Shown: positions 25,892 through 39,333 of the stretch, piece after piece | How the letters are laid out: each line of letters begins with the position of its first letter | Numbering within the stretch: the stretch's first letter is position 1 | From: Escherichia phage EJP2 | Direction: 5' to 3' (one strand) | Sequence record: OQ411014.1 | DNA length: 64,000 nucleotides | Translations under genes and position numbers: made by a program | The notes under the pieces: generated by a model | What the model saw: only the letters and a program-made list of their open reading frames with translations | What the model was told of the DNA's origin: nothing | Databases searched by the model: none

Positions 25892-28213
25892 ATGATCAAC
25901 GTTACAAAACGTAATGGTGCGTTAGAAGCACTAGACTTAGAAAAAATTCACCAAATTCTTTTCTTCGCAGCAGATAAACTTAGTGGTGTTTCCGTATCTG
26001 AAATTGAGTTACGTGCTCAACTACAGTTCCATGAGGGCATCAAAACAAGTGAAATCCATGATATCCTTATCAAAGCTGCATCCGAATTGATTAGTGCTGA
26101 AACTCCTAATTACCAATACGTTGCTGGTCGTCTAATCAACTACTCTCTACGGAAAGTCGTTTACGGTACTTATGAACCAATCAAGTTCTCAACTCATGTA
26201 CAAGACCTAGTAGACCGTGGGATTTATGATCCTGAAGTACTGGAAAAGTATTCGATGCTTGAGATTGAAGAACTCGGCAAATACATCAAACATAAGCGAG
26301 ATGATAAATTCACTTATGCAGCGATGGAACAATGGCTCGGTAAGTATCTATGTAAGAACCGTGTTACTAAAGAAATTTATGAAACCCCACAGATGGCTTA
26401 CATGCTAATGTCTGCTATTATTTTTATGGAATACGACCCAAGTACTCGTATGTCCTATGTGAAACGCTTCTACGATTCCATTAGTAACTTTGATATTAGC
26501 CTACCAACACCAATCATGGCTGGTCTACGTACTAACACTCGCCAGTTTAGCTCTTGTGTAGTACTGAACATTGGTGATAGCCTTGATAGTATTGGTTCTT
26601 CTAACCATGCAATTCTACGTTACATCTCCCGTAAAGCTGGTCTAGGTATCAACTTTGGTCGTGTACGTGCAATTGACTCTGCTATTCGTGGTGGTGATGC
26701 AGTCCATACTGGCGTTATCCCATTCATCGCAGCAGCAGCAAAAACTGTAAAATCCTGTTCTCAGGGTGGCGTTCGTGGTGGTGCAGCAACTATCCACTTC
26801 CCACTATGGCACTATGAGTTTGAAAGTCTTGTAGTACTGAAGAATAACAAAGGAACCGAATTCAACCGTGTACGTCAAATGGACTACTGCTTCCAATTGA
26901 ACGAAACACTATATGAGCGTTTATGTACTCGCGGTGATATCTCTTTCTTCTCCCCAAGTGACGTTCCAGGGCTATATGAAGCATTCTGTGTTGATAATGC
27001 AACATTCGAAAAGCTATACGTACAATACGAAAACGACCCAAGCATTCGTCGCAAGACTATGCCAGCGGTAGAAGTGTTTACTATTCTAATGAACGAACGT
27101 TCCAGTACTGGTCGTATCTACATTCAGAATATTGACAGTACTAACGAACACTCACCATTTGACCCAACTGTTGCACCGATTGAACAGAGTAACTTGTGTC
27201 AAGAAATCGCACTACCTTCAGTTCCATTTGAAGATGTGAATGGTGATGATGGTCTAATCAGTCTATGTACACTAGCAGCAATCAACTGGGGTAACTTCGA
27301 AAACCCAAGTGATATGGAAAACGCGTGTGATCTATCTGTTCGTGCATTAGATTCACTACTAGCATACCAAGACTACCCAGTAGGCCACGCTAAACGTGCT
27401 ACAGACTTGTATCGTCCACTAGGTGTTGGTATCATCAACCTAGCTTACTTCCTAGCTAAACGTGGTCTACGCTACGATGAAGGTGCATTAGAGACAGTGA
27501 ACGAGTGGGCTGAAGCATGGTCTTACTACTTACTGAAATCTTCGGTAGAACTTGCAAAAGAGAAAGGACGTTGTGAAGGATTTGAAAATCTCCGGTATGC
27601 TCAAGGTATTCTCCCAGTAGATACTTATAAGCGAACTGTTGATGAACTAGTAAGTCCTGAACTAAAAATGGATTGGGATTCTCTCCGTGCTGATATCGCT
27701 GAATATGGCATTCGTAACGCAACTACAATGGCACTAATGCCAGCGGAAACAAGTGCACAAATCAGTAACAGTACTAACGGTATTGAACCACCACGTAGTC
27801 TAGTAAGTATCAAGGCATCCAAAGATGGTATCTTGAAACAAGTAGTACCAGAAATTGGTAAACTCAAAAACAACTACACCCTACTATGGGATATGAAAGA
27901 CAACAGTGGTTATCTGAAAATTGTTGCAGTACTGCAAAAATACATAGACCAGAGTATTAGTGCTAATACTAGCTACAACCCAGCTAACTATCCAGATGGT
28001 AAACTATCAATGAAACTTCTTCTTGGTGAATTACTACTCGCATATAAGTACGGCGTGAAGAACCTGTACTATATGAACACCAACGACCAAGCAGGAGAAG
28101 TTGATGTATCTAAAACCGCAACCGATGGGAATAAAGTCCCTGAATTGAAAGGATTTATCCTTTCAAATATTCCGCTCGATGATGAAGGTGGATGCGATTC
28201 CTGTACTATCTAA
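25892..28213 (+). CDS. nrdA: ribonucleotide reductase class Ia large subunit
   Basis: N-terminal ATP-cone (VTKRNG..E.LDL.KI); catalytic-core blocks and C-terminal Cys pair (GCDSCTI); start moved to ATG 25892 (AAGGA RBS) from track 25811. Confidence 0.95.
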   Translation: MINVTKRNGALEALDLEKIHQILFFAADKLSGVSVSEIELRAQLQFHEGIKTSEIHDILIKAASELISAETPNYQYVAGRLINYSLRKVVYGTYEPIKFSTHVQDLVDRGIYDPEVLEKYSMLEIEELGKYIKHKRDDKFTYAAMEQWLGKYLCKNRVTKEIYETPQMAYMLMSAIIFMEYDPSTRMSYVKRFYDSISNFDISLPTPIMAGLRTNTRQFSSCVVLNIGDSLDSIGSSNHAILRYISRKAGLGINFGRVRAIDSAIRGGDAVHTGVIPFIAAAAKTVKSCSQGGVRGGAATIHFPLWHYEFESLVVLKNNKGTEFNRVRQMDYCFQLNETLYERLCTRGDISFFSPSDVPGLYEAFCVDNATFEKLYVQYENDPSIRRKTMPAVEVFTILMNERSSTGRIYIQNIDSTNEHSPFDPTVAPIEQSNLCQEIALPSVPFEDVNGDDGLISLCTLAAINWGNFENPSDMENACDLSVRALDSLLAYQDYPVGHAKRATDLYRPLGVGIINLAYFLAKRGLRYDEGALETVNEWAEAWSYYLLKSSVELAKEKGRCEGFENLRYAQGILPVDTYKRTVDELVSPELKMDWDSLRADIAEYGIRNATTMALMPAETSAQISNSTNGIEPPRSLVSIKASKDGILKQVVPEIGKLKNNYTLLWDMKDNSGYLKIVAVLQKYIDQSISANTSYNPANYPDGKLSMKLLLGELLLAYKYGVKNLYYMNTNDQAGEVDVSKTATDGNKVPELKGFILSNIPLDDEGGCDSCTI

Positions 28214-28221
28214 TAACAATC

Positions 28222-28254
28222 AACTACCCAATGCTATGTTGGGTAGTTTTTTAA
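28222..28254 (+). terminator. intrinsic terminator
   Basis: AACTACCCA-loop-TGGGTAGTT then TTTTAAT. Confidence 0.55.
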
Positions 28255-28276
28255 TAAAAAACGAGGTAAAGTAAAA

Positions 28277-29041
28277 ATGAAAGTTGATTATTACAAACCA
28301 ATGTCACTTGATTTTATTGAAGAATTTTGGGAAGACCTTGATATGAATCTTGTGATTCAGAAACAAAATCTACCAGAGGACTTCATTTCTAAACATATCA
28401 ATAAGCTAGACACTAACGCACTCGCACGGTATCAGAAACTATCTGTTGATTTCATCAAAGAGAAATGGGAATGGTTTGATAAGAATATTGTTATGCAATA
28501 TATTGTTATGCCGATGGAATGGATTGCAGAGAAGTGGGATGAACTAAAAAACACTGCTGCTGACACCATTGCGAAGTATCAGAAGCTAACAGTTGACTTC
28601 ATCAAAGAGAAGTGGGATACTTGGAGCACTGCTGCTACTGAGTTCATTTCGAAGTATCAGAAGCTAACAGTTGACTTCATCAAAGAGAAGTGGGATTATT
28701 TGGATAAGAACTATATTTCTCAATTCCAAACACTAACAACCGACTTTATCAAAGATAGTCTTTCAACATTGAATGCTAAAGCTGTTGCTGTATTCCAAAT
28801 CATAGAAGATAGTGTTCGTACTCTATTAGGACTACCAGCACCTGCCGCTACAATCACTGGTAATCAAATCCTTGCATTTGATCCATGTTCTGATGGTATG
28901 GCACGTTTCAACGCACACACACCAGACAACAATACAGTACTAACATGGAATGAACTACTACGTCTCCATGGTGGTACACAAGAAGGTAATCGTGATATTC
29001 ACTGGTTATCATGGAAATTAGGAAAATCTATAAACACATAA
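28277..29041 (+). CDS. hypothetical protein built of ~26-aa tandem repeats (YQKLTVDFIKEKW)
   Basis: Track ORF between nrdA and nrdB; at least four repeat units visible in the protein. Confidence 0.55.
   Translation: MKVDYYKPMSLDFIEEFWEDLDMNLVIQKQNLPEDFISKHINKLDTNALARYQKLSVDFIKEKWEWFDKNIVMQYIVMPMEWIAEKWDELKNTAADTIAKYQKLTVDFIKEKWDTWSTAATEFISKYQKLTVDFIKEKWDYLDKNYISQFQTLTTDFIKDSLSTLNAKAVAVFQIIEDSVRTLLGLPAPAATITGNQILAFDPCSDGMARFNAHTPDNNTVLTWNELLRLHGGTQEGNRDIHWLSWKLGKSINT
28573..28695 (+). repeat. 45-bp perfect direct repeat, two copies 78 bp apart, inside the 28277 gene
   Basis: GAAGTATCAGAAGCTAACAGTTGACTTCATCAAAGAGAAGTGGGA at 28573-28617 and 28651-28695; degenerate copies around 28430 and 28710. 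Confidence 0.8.
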
Positions 29042-29051
29042 GGAAATGAGA

Positions 29052-30188
29052 ATGTCTGTATTTGCAAAAAATGAAAAATCCCATTTGGAAAAGAAAATGT
29101 TTTTTGACGAAGCAGTTGATATTCAACGTTTTGAACACGTAAAATATTCTGCTATTGATCGTCTATCTGAAACACAATTGGGGTTCTTCTGGCTTCCACA
29201 GGAAGTTGACGTAACTCGTGACAAGATTGACTTTGAAATGCTATCTCCAGTAGAGAAACACATCTTCACTTCTAACTTGAAACGTCAAATTCTACTTGAC
29301 TCTGTTCAAGGTCGTGGTCCAAGCCTAACACTACTTCCTTATACTTCTCTTCCAGAGATTGAAGGTTTCATTAGTATTTGGGATTTCGTGGAAGGTGCTA
29401 TTCATAGTCGTTCCTATACGCACATTATCCGTAACGTATATCCGAACCCATCTGAAGTATTTGACACTATGTTGGATATTCCAGAGATTACTTCATGTGC
29501 AGCGGACGTATCAAAGTACTATGACCGTCTTGATGAGTTGGGTTTACAGTACCGTATGCTTGGTGAAGGTACACATGTTGTAAATGGCGAAACTGTAGTA
29601 GTTGACATGCGTGAACTGAAGAAAGCACTATGGTTATGTTTGAACAGTATCAACGTACTGGAAGGTATTCGTTTTTATGTTTCCTTTGCTTGTTCGTGGG
29701 CTTTTGCACAGAATAAGAAAATGGAAGGTAACGCTAAAATCATCAAACTAATTTGTCGTGATGAGAACCTTCACCTTGCAGCAACACAAATGTGGTTACG
29801 TCTACTCAAGAAAGATGATCCAGATTTCGTGAGTATCGCTGAAGAATGTCAAGAAGAAGTTCAACAAATGTTCCTTGATGCAATTCGTCAAGAAGAAGAG
29901 TGGGCTGACTTCCTATTCAAAGACGGTTCTATGATTGGTGTGAACGCACAAATTCTGAAAGAATACATTCGTTTCATCGGCTCCAAACGTATGCAAGCGG
30001 TTGGTGTGAAATGTCCTTTCCGCGTAAGTAAAACTAACCCACTACCGTGGACTGAGTTCTGGATTAGCGGTTCTGAAATCCAGGTAGCTCCACAAGAAAC
30101 TGAACTAAGTTCATATATCACAGGTGGTATCGTGAACGATCTAGATGATGACTTCTTTGCTGAATTCAAATCTGTAACTACATTATAA
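29052..30188 (+). CDS. nrdB: ribonucleotide reductase class Ia small subunit
   Basis: Di-iron ligand blocks including EGIRFYVSFA and RDENLHL; start ATG 29052 preferred over track 29046. Confidence 0.95.
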   Translation: MSVFAKNEKSHLEKKMFFDEAVDIQRFEHVKYSAIDRLSETQLGFFWLPQEVDVTRDKIDFEMLSPVEKHIFTSNLKRQILLDSVQGRGPSLTLLPYTSLPEIEGFISIWDFVEGAIHSRSYTHIIRNVYPNPSEVFDTMLDIPEITSCAADVSKYYDRLDELGLQYRMLGEGTHVVNGETVVVDMRELKKALWLCLNSINVLEGIRFYVSFACSWAFAQNKKMEGNAKIIKLICRDENLHLAATQMWLRLLKKDDPDFVSIAEECQEEVQQMFLDAIRQEEEWADFLFKDGSMIGVNAQILKEYIRFIGSKRMQAVGVKCPFRVSKTNPLPWTEFWISGSEIQVAPQETELSSYITGGIVNDLDDDFFAEFKSVTTL

Positions 30189-30194
30189 AAGTAA

Positions 30195-30226
30195 ATGGAG
30201 AGCATAATATGTTCTCCATCTTTTTG
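30195..30226 (+). terminator. intrinsic terminator
   Basis: ATGGAGAGCAT-AAT-ATGTTCTCCAT (one G:U) then CTTTTT. Confidence 0.55.
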
Positions 30227-30236
30227 AGGGTATATA

Positions 30237-30410
30237 ATGAATAGTTCTGTGTTTAGCTTTCTACCAGATACTGTCTATCGATTTCATTTGGTTGACGGAA
30301 ACCAAATAACTGGTATCATCACTCAAGTGTTTGATGATGGAATCGAGGTTTCTAATCGACGAATCGTTCAAGACAAAATTGTTTTTTGGTACGAAGTTGA
30401 AGAATAATTG
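30237..30410 (+). CDS. hypothetical small protein, 57 aa (below the ORF-track threshold)
   Basis: ATG at 30237 with GAGGG RBS; stop TAA at 30408-30410; plus-strand gap otherwise unexplained. Confidence 0.4.
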
Positions 30411-30426
30411 AGATAAAAGATTTTTT

Positions 30427-30700
<274 letters not shown>

Positions 30701-30717
30701 GAACAGGAGCAATACTA

Positions 30718-31443
30718 ATGGCTAAAACTACTCTAGACCTGAATGCACAACTTCAGCAAGTAATCGAATTCATGACTGTTGTTGGTCAAACTGTGAATAC
30801 TCATGAAACTTACGCAACACCAAAAGTTGCAGACTTCCGTACTCGTCTCATCGAAGAAGAAGTTTTCGGTAAGAAAGAATTAGTTGATTCGATGAATAAT
30901 GATGATGTTGTGGGTGTTCTTGATGGTCTATGTGACGTTCTATATGTAACCTATGGTGCTCTAGCAACCTATGGTCTAGAACTAGACACTTCAGTATCTC
31001 ATCCGGTAGAAATCGCGGATGGTGGTTCTAAGCAGATTTTCAAACACACTGCATTTGAACTAATTCGCTCTATCTCTGGTGCAGTAGAGCAATACAAACG
31101 CGGCGTTGAACTAGGTGACTTCCGCACAATGATTCGTGGTCTTGGTAATGTCATTTTTCAAGTAACTCGCATTGCTGAAGAATACAATATCTCTCTTCAA
31201 GCACCATTCGCTGAAGTTCATGCGTCCAACATGAGTAAGCTATGTACAACCGAGCAGCAAGCAATTGATAGTATTGCTGAACGTGTAGAAGCTAATAACG
31301 ACAAGAGTGCTGATTATATTGGTGCTACTATTGCTCGCGTTGAAGTGAATGGTAAAGAGTACTTTGTTATTCGCCGTGCCTCCGACAATAAAGTACTGAA
31401 AGGTAATGGCTTCTTTGAACCTAACCTAGCTAAGTACGTGTAA
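30718..31443 (+). CDS. MazG-like all-alpha nucleoside triphosphate pyrophosphohydrolase (tentative)
   Basis: LIEEEVFGKKE and DGLCDVLYVTYGALATYGLELD resemble the MazG E-x-x-E ... D-x-L metal-binding helices. Confidence 0.5.
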   Translation: MAKTTLDLNAQLQQVIEFMTVVGQTVNTHETYATPKVADFRTRLIEEEVFGKKELVDSMNNDDVVGVLDGLCDVLYVTYGALATYGLELDTSVSHPVEIADGGSKQIFKHTAFELIRSISGAVEQYKRGVELGDFRTMIRGLGNVIFQVTRIAEEYNISLQAPFAEVHASNMSKLCTTEQQAIDSIAERVEANNDKSADYIGATIARVEVNGKEYFVIRRASDNKVLKGNGFFEPNLAKYV

Positions 31444-31452
31444 TAAAAAAAA

Positions 31453-31488
31453 GGGACATATAAAAAAATATGTCCCTTTTGGGTTTTA
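31453..31488. terminator. bidirectional intrinsic terminator between convergent genes
   Basis: GGGACATAT-AAAAAAA-ATATGTCCC flanked by an A-tract upstream and TTTTGGGTTTT downstream. Confidence 0.65.
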
Positions 31489-32165
31489 AAATTTCCACAT
31501 AGATTTTTGAACATCTGAAATAATCGGACTAATATCTGTAACAACTTGTGTTATTTGGTTATTGTCATACTCTCTATTGAGAGTTAGCATAATGTATCCA
31601 ATAACCGAATAACCATCATTGGCAGAAATAGGGATGGTTACTACAGTTTTATATGCAATATGAACATTGGCATTTTGATTACAAGTAAACTCACTACCAG
31701 CTTCAAAAATGTCTTCACATTCTGAACGAATAGCTGTGATGTTTTCATAATGCACTTTGTTCAACAGTATTTCTTGAAAAATACGTTTATTGATGATAGT
31801 ACTGTGTATCTTATCTTCGATTGGTTCTAAACCATTCCGATTTACCGACGCAACACCAATTTGGCCTTTAAACATATCCGATGTTTCGGAATCTTTACCT
31901 TCTGGTACGAATTTGTATAAAACCACGTTGACAACCTCTTCTTGTTGAGCTAGAATATCCGCAAAACGTGAATTGATTATTGCTGTTTCAGCACTTTCAC
32001 TACTCATATGTGTTTGTACAAAAGGGATAACATCATTGACCAAAAGTTCTTTGATGTTATCAACAATTAATATTATAAAAACACTAACAAATATACACGC
32101 TAGTGATGTTATAAATCGAATGATTTTTTGTTTTTTATCTATATGCCCTTGCATGTCACACCTCA

Positions 32166-32166
<1 letters not shown>
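31486..32166 (-). CDS. hypothetical membrane-anchored protein (paralogue A)
   Basis: Track ORF; N-terminal hydrophobic helix; shares YKFVPEGKD block with the adjacent gene; start may be ATG at 32154 (GAGGTG RBS). Confidence 0.55.
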
Positions 32167-32915
<749 letters not shown>

Positions 32916-32970
32916 TTATTATGTAATATTATTTACTAAAAAATGCATAAAAATGAGACAGTACGGAGAT

Positions 32971-32981
32971 TTGTGATATAA
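32971..32981 (+). promoter_or_regulatory. extended -10 promoter TGTGATATAAT
   Basis: Exact motif copy 25 nt upstream of the ATG at 33007. Confidence 0.5.
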
Positions 32982-33006
32982 TATTCAAAACATACCGGAG
33001 CAAAAC

Positions 33007-33371
33007 ATGAATTTTATCGTTACGTATGCACAAATACTTGGACTCAACATCATGCTGATTATAATCGCATGTACATCACCAACTGCTGCATTTAGCACTT
33101 ACTTGGTACTATGTATAGTTTCACTCGTGATTGCTATAGTGTACCGTACCCTCTTCACCAGAGCATTAGGTGGTGAGCTTGATATTCCACATGAATGGAA
33201 GTTCATACCACATACATTCCCTAAAGAAAACAAAGTAACATACATTTGTAGTACTATCATTCATATGGGATTGAGTATTTTTATTCTACATTCGTTTGTA
33301 CTTCCAATCATGATGCTTGTGATTTTGGTAGTTCGAATTTATAATTGTAATTTATTTGAGAAGATTCTTTT

Positions 33372-33384
<13 letters not shown>
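33007..33384 (+). CDS. hypothetical small membrane protein (about 3 TM helices)
   Basis: Track ORF; GGAG RBS; hydrophobic throughout. Confidence 0.5.
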
Positions 33385-34309
<925 letters not shown>

Positions 34310-34346
34310 TCACACGAAGTGACAGGAACACATAAAGGGAATTATA

Positions 34347-35693
34347 ATGAGTAATATTACGCTTACGGAAAAGCAACAAAGTACTTTTGATGATTTTATC
34401 GAACGTGTGCATAACTACCCAGGACGCTCTATCTGTGTTCTTGTCGGATATGCTGGTACAGGTAAAACAACATTAGTATCTGAGATAGTACGGAACTTAC
34501 ATTCCGAGTACAACATTGCAGTAACATCACCAACGCATAAGGCGAACTCTGTTATTCGCAATATGCTAATCAATAACGTAGGTCTAAAGAAAGATGATGC
34601 ACAGGTTAGTACTATTCACTCTTTCTTAGGATTGAAGTTAGTATATGAAAAGAACCATCAAGTACTGAAGCATGACCCACAATCTAAGAATAGTAACTCC
34701 TATGTTGATATTCTGATTGTTGATGAATGTTCCATGATTTCCGAAGAGATGTACAATCACATCATGAACCAGATTCACCGTGTTCGACGTGCAATTCTTT
34801 TCATCGGTGACTCATGTCAGCTACCACCAGTTGAAGCTGAAGGTACTATTGGTGAAACCAAACTAAGTCCAACGTTTGATGTACCAGTGAAGTACGAACT
34901 ACAAGAAGTTCTGCGTCAAGCAATGGATAACCCAATCATCAAAGTTGCAACTGCAATTCGTGAATGTATTGGTACTAAGAACAACCCGATGGATATCCTC
35001 AATGCGATTGATGGTTATGATACAATCACACCAATCACTGACGAGGCTTTATTTTTGGACGTGTATAAAGCATATATTTGTGAGAACATTGGTTCAGCGA
35101 AGAAGATTTTTGATTTCGTACAAGAAAACAAAATCATTGCTTATACAAACTACAGAGTGAACTATGCAAACATGTTCATTCGGAGTGAAGTATTCCCTGA
35201 ACACAAAGAAACCGAGTTCGTCAAGGGTGAACCAATTGTCTTTGAATCCGTAACAGAAAACTGTTCATACACTGTACAGCAAATGATTCAATGTCCTGAA
35301 GTTCGTGAAGAACAATTCTTGGGTATTGATTGTTGGCAGTTCAAACTTCCAAACGGAAACTATATCTTAGGTGTAGGGCCATATAGTCGTTTAGCTCTAG
35401 AAGACCATCTTGATAAGTTAGTGAAGAAGATTGAAAAGAAAGAGATGAACCCACTAACACAGAAGCCATATGGTTGGCAAGATTATTACATTATCAAGAA
35501 CAAGATAAACATAATCAACTACCCGTATGCAACAACGGCACATAAGTCTCAAGGTAGCACGTTCAACAATATCTGGTTCGATACTGATTTTATTGATCGT
35601 ATTGCCAATAACGATACTAAATGTCGTATCATGTACACAGCGATGACTCGCCCACGTTATAGTGTTCTACTACGTAAGAACGCGAGTTGGTAA
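34347..35693 (+). CDS. dda: SF1 DNA helicase (Dda/RecD-like)
   Basis: Walker A GYAGTGKTT, Walker B ILIVDECSMI, C-terminal ATTAHKSQGST motif. Confidence 0.85.
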   Translation: MSNITLTEKQQSTFDDFIERVHNYPGRSICVLVGYAGTGKTTLVSEIVRNLHSEYNIAVTSPTHKANSVIRNMLINNVGLKKDDAQVSTIHSFLGLKLVYEKNHQVLKHDPQSKNSNSYVDILIVDECSMISEEMYNHIMNQIHRVRRAILFIGDSCQLPPVEAEGTIGETKLSPTFDVPVKYELQEVLRQAMDNPIIKVATAIRECIGTKNNPMDILNAIDGYDTITPITDEALFLDVYKAYICENIGSAKKIFDFVQENKIIAYTNYRVNYANMFIRSEVFPEHKETEFVKGEPIVFESVTENCSYTVQQMIQCPEVREEQFLGIDCWQFKLPNGNYILGVGPYSRLALEDHLDKLVKKIEKKEMNPLTQKPYGWQDYYIIKNKINIINYPYATTAHKSQGSTFNNIWFDTDFIDRIANNDTKCRIMYTAMTRPRYSVLLRKNASW

Positions 35694-35696
35694 ATA

Positions 35697-35723
35697 AGTA
35701 CTGTGGCGTAATGTCACAGTACT
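35697..35723. repeat. perfect 9-bp inverted repeat whose arms contain AGTACT
   Basis: AGTACTGTG (35697-35705) and CACAGTACT (35715-35723), 9-nt spacer; intergenic between dda and the next gene. Confidence 0.7.
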
Positions 35724-35770
35724 GTTATCGTACAATAAATAATAAAAAGATATTGTTTCGGAGATATAAA

Positions 35771-36322
35771 ATGAACAATCTATTTCAACCTTTTAGTATC
35801 GAGATTCCAGGCCAGCTTTTGGATGACAAACGTTTTTACGAGTATGAAGACTTTGATGGTGACAACTACACTGTCCCAACTGATGCAAACGTACTTGACA
35901 AAGCAAAAGCATATATTCGTATGCAACAACTCAAGCGTAAGCTATCTGAGTGTACCGTACCATTGTACTGCACTGTAGAGTTCACCACTCCAGGTACATG
36001 TAGTACTGTCCCAACTGGTGCAAAAATCACTGTAGGGTACTTGAGTTTCGAACCATTTATTAGCACACTAGACCCAATCCCAGTATATGCTGATGAAGCT
36101 GCTGCTGGTGCAGGTGCTGCTGGTGTTATTCAGAAAATTGTTGACGAAGTTCTTGCATCTGACATTGATCAAGAGTATGCTGTACTACAGAAGTTATACC
36201 AACAAGAAAACAACCCAATTGACAAAGTAGTATATCCTTACCGTGAAATCTATATGGATTACATTGATGTAGCGAAAGCTGATCCAGCGGTAAACAGTAC
36301 TGTAACTTACGTCAAACTATAA
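35771..36322 (+). CDS. hypothetical protein
   Basis: Track ORF 35687 runs across the inverted repeat; likely start ATG 35771 with GGAGA RBS. Confidence 0.5.
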   Translation: MNNLFQPFSIEIPGQLLDDKRFYEYEDFDGDNYTVPTDANVLDKAKAYIRMQQLKRKLSECTVPLYCTVEFTTPGTCSTVPTGAKITVGYLSFEPFISTLDPIPVYADEAAAGAGAAGVIQKIVDEVLASDIDQEYAVLQKLYQQENNPIDKVVYPYREIYMDYIDVAKADPAVNSTVTYVKL

Positions 36323-36346
36323 TTTATTACACAGGAGCTATTGACA

Positions 36347-36538
36347 ATGGAAGGTCAAACTTTTTATAATCGCATTCTTGAAGACAAAGCAACGTTCGAC
36401 CGCACGATTTATGATCTTGAACTAATGATTCAAGATGCTCCTAATCCACGCATTCGTACACAAGCTGAACTCGCAAAGAATTATCTAGTACAAGTACAAC
36501 TGATTTGCGATGCACTAAAAAAACATAATAATGATTGA
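36347..36538 (+). CDS. hypothetical small protein
   Basis: Track ORF from TTG 36341; ATG at 36347 with AGGAG RBS. Confidence 0.4.
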   Translation: MEGQTFYNRILEDKATFDRTIYDLELMIQDAPNPRIRTQAELAKNYLVQVQLICDALKKHNND

Positions 36539-36642
36539 CAGTTAGAAAGAAAGACATTATTATACACACATGCACTACAAAGTGGGATGGAAAAGCTATC
36601 CCACTAAAAATTCAAAAACACTATCTGGAGATGTGAATTTAT

Positions 36643-37143
36643 ATGAAATCTATTATTGCCAACAACGAAATTACTGCAACTTCCGTTCGTCTAGTTACTG
36701 AAGGGTCAAGTGAAGTACTGGCAATTGATAAAGCGTTAGCTAAAGCTCGCAATGAAGGTTTGGATCTAATCCAAGTAACTGAACATGATGTTCCGGTTGT
36801 GAAGATTGCTGACCTGAACAAGTTCAAATACGAGCAAAAACAAGCTGAGAAAGCTGCACAGAAGAAGCAACGTGCTAACATCATTCAGACTAAAGAAATC
36901 CAATTCGCTTCAAATACTCAAGAGAATGATCTTGCAGTAAAAGCAAAGAATGCTCGTAAGTTTATCGAAGAAGGTAAACAAGTACATATCGTAATGAAAG
37001 CTGCTGGTCGTTTAGGCACACAAACTGACTCCAACATTGAAACACTAGGGGCGTTTGTTGAACGTCTAGGTGAGAATGTTGAGTTCGTTCAGAAAGTAGA
37101 AGTTCAGGGTAAAAACATCACTTGCACTGTGAAAGCCAAATAA
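36643..37143 (+). CDS. infC: translation initiation factor IF-3 homologue
   Basis: Aligns by eye along the length of bacterial IF3 (EITATSVRL..GLDLIQV..PVVKIADLNKFKYEQKQ..KEIQF..FIEEGK). Confidence 0.85.
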   Translation: MKSIIANNEITATSVRLVTEGSSEVLAIDKALAKARNEGLDLIQVTEHDVPVVKIADLNKFKYEQKQAEKAAQKKQRANIIQTKEIQFASNTQENDLAVKAKNARKFIEEGKQVHIVMKAAGRLGTQTDSNIETLGAFVERLGENVEFVQKVEVQGKNITCTVKAK

Positions 37144-37162
37144 TAAAAAGGATTGAGTTAGA

Positions 37163-37699
37163 ATGAAAAATGAAATCGAGCAACAGATTTTTCAAACGAA
37201 TCCTCTGCCAGTAGTAAAAACTACTTATAAGGATTCAGTATATTACGTCGCGGGTAAGCATGACCTTACTCGTTATGTCGAAAATGTTTCAGCGGCAAAG
37301 AGTGAAGAGTTTCGTGTTGAAGCAGCACTAAAACATCTCATCAATGATCGCCCTGAAGTGAATAAGTTGAATGTTCCAATGTTTGACTTTATTCTTCTCG
37401 ACGACCCAAAAACCACGGCAAACTTCGTTTCAATGTATTGCTATGATGTTCTACATTTTGATGATGACCGTTGTAACGAAGTAATTGAAGCACTGAATAC
37501 AGTAGGTTCTTACTATGTTGGTACTTACAGTGATGAACTCACTCTAACTCTAGCACACCTACTAGAAGAAGCTAACTCCCAACTGGACCAAAATCTAGGT
37601 TGGAATAAGATGGAACGTCAACCAGCAGATGATGCATTAGTTGATGCAATGGTTCTTCTAGAAAAACTAATCGAGCGTGATTACCCGCAAGATCTATAA
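37163..37699 (+). CDS. hypothetical protein
   Basis: Track ORF; AAAGGA RBS. Confidence 0.5.
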   Translation: MKNEIEQQIFQTNPLPVVKTTYKDSVYYVAGKHDLTRYVENVSAAKSEEFRVEAALKHLINDRPEVNKLNVPMFDFILLDDPKTTANFVSMYCYDVLHFDDDRCNEVIEALNTVGSYYVGTYSDELTLTLAHLLEEANSQLDQNLGWNKMERQPADDALVDAMVLLEKLIERDYPQDL

Positions 37700-37709
37700 C
37701 AATAACTAA

Positions 37710-39234
<1,525 letters not shown>

Positions 39235-39240
39235 ATATCA

Positions 39241-39270
39241 GGGAGCGTCTATGACGTTCCCAATTTTTTT
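39241..39270 (+). terminator. intrinsic terminator
   Basis: GGGAGCGTC-TAT-GACGTTCCC (one mismatch) then AATTTTTTT. Confidence 0.5.
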
Positions 39271-39287
39271 GAGATAACCAAATTATT

Positions 39288-39298
39288 TGTGATATAAT
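39288..39298 (+). promoter_or_regulatory. extended -10 promoter TGTGATATAAT
   Basis: Exact motif copy upstream of the topoisomerase gene. Confidence 0.5.
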
Positions 39299-39333
39299 AC
39301 AGAAGCTAAGAGACAACATAAAGGAAAATACAA

